NCBI GenBank assembly: GCA_001604215.1
Contig: LVAX01000092.1
Coordinates: 3,027-67,026 of the forward strand
Direction: 5' to 3'
Origin: Clostridiales bacterium Firm_18
GTDB taxonomy: Bacteria; Bacillota; Clostridia; Monoglobales; Firm-18
DNA length: 64,000 nucleotides
Shown: one piece after another, positions 63,434 to 64,000 of the stretch
Numbering within the stretch: the stretch's first letter is position 1
Layout of the letters: each line of letters begins with the position of its first letter
Position numbers and translations under genes: made by a program
Notes under the pieces: model-generated
Seen by the model: the letters and a program-made list of their open reading frames with translations, nothing else
What the model was told of the DNA's origin: nothing
Databases searched by the model: none

Positions 63434-64000
63434 AAATATTTACAATAACTTGCCACCGGCCCTTCAATTACGGCGCCGTGCTTCAGACTTACGCGTTGAA
63501 CAAATATCTTCGCGATATTGGCCATGATGCGCAGGTAATTGATTATATCCCGAGTTTTTACAAAAGCATTTCGGAAAAGTATGAAAAAAACATAGTGGCA
63601 AAGGTAATAAGGAAAGTTTTGCTTTTCCCTGATATGCTAAAAGGCGACAGGGTTTTCGGAAAGTTTTTGGCGGATAATATTCGGCTTACTGAACGTTCAT
63701 ATTATTCAATCAGGGATATGGAGGATAACTTGCCTTTAGCGGACATATACATCGCAGGCAGTGACCAAATATGGAACAGTGATATTCCTGCCGGCAAGGA
63801 TGATGCCTATTTTCTTACTTTCGTAAAAAAAACAGGGAAGAAAATTTCATACGCGGCAAGCCTTGCTATGGATGTTCTTCCGCCGGGGCAGAAAAAACGA
63901 TATTATGATTTACTAAAGGATTTTAAAGCAATATCTGTCAGAGAAAGTTCTTCTGTTAAGCTTTTGAATTCTGCCGGCTTAGAGAATGTAACAAATGTTT
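63430..64000 (+). CDS. polysaccharide pyruvyl transferase (3' end outside the window)
   Basis: ATGA overlap with the upstream stop. MKIFTITCHRPFNYGAVLQTYAL... and IAGSDQIWN are typical of the PS_pyruv_trans family. Confidence 0.75.
   Translation, partial: MKIFTITCHRPFNYGAVLQTYALNKYLRDIGHDAQVIDYIPSFYKSISEKYEKNIVAKVIRKVLLFPDMLKGDRVFGKFLADNIRLTERSYYSIRDMEDNLPLADIYIAGSDQIWNSDIPAGKDDAYFLTFVKKTGKKISYAASLAMDVLPPGQKKRYYDLLKDFKAISVRESSSVKLLNSAGLENVTNV

Noticed and set aside
1-64000. Mobile genetic elements (IS elements, prophage, integrative element) that might explain the EPS island or the repeat-rich zone
   Set aside because: No transposase, integrase, recombinase, phage structural gene or tRNA attachment site could be recognised in any frame. 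The only mobility-associated remnant is the dead MntA/HepT pair.

Overview
64-kb chromosomal segment from a Clostridia-type Firmicute. The markers are the RnfCDGEAB operon, ECF transporter genes, MecA, an SLH-domain wall protein and a split glutamate synthase. Hand-counted 60-nt samples of the core give about 50-55% GC. Most of the window (1-45 kb) is ordinary housekeeping: two two-component systems, a BlaI/BlaR1-like pair, gdh, an FHA-SEDS-PBP2 wall module, a sugar catabolic pair with an AraC regulator, a nitrogen cluster (glnA, an ANTAR regulator, then a five-gene split glutamate synthase), rnf, pdxK, ecfA1A2T-truA, cvpA, ilvD and rho. I saw no rRNA, tRNA, CRISPR array, transposase or integrase. 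Five things stand out. (1) Six arrays of a degenerate 8-bp tandem repeat (NNAAGAGC and its complement GCTNTTNN) fill nearly every intergenic gap between 45.3 and 52.0 kb, and I saw none elsewhere. One array appears to be split by a decayed MntA/HepT toxin-antitoxin cassette, and several run into gene 3' ends. (2) A 118-bp multi-hairpin repeat family has three copies with compensatory stem substitutions, and each copy ends in an intrinsic terminator. (3) A 1039-aa protein next to gdh combines a PEP/pyruvate-binding ATP-grasp domain with a C-terminal Pol-beta-type nucleotidyltransferase domain. (4) A candidate ~100-nt structured RNA with its own promoter and U-tract lies upstream of tcdA. (5) An AT-rich capsule/EPS island (about 28-35% GC in hand-counted lines) runs from 52 kb to the window end. 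It contains a truncated duplicate priming transferase, a TviB/TviC-like pair, a CapK-like adenylating enzyme fused to a GT2 domain, and an FrhB-like plus pyruvyl-transferase pair. All functional calls rest on motifs read in the translations. No database search was possible.
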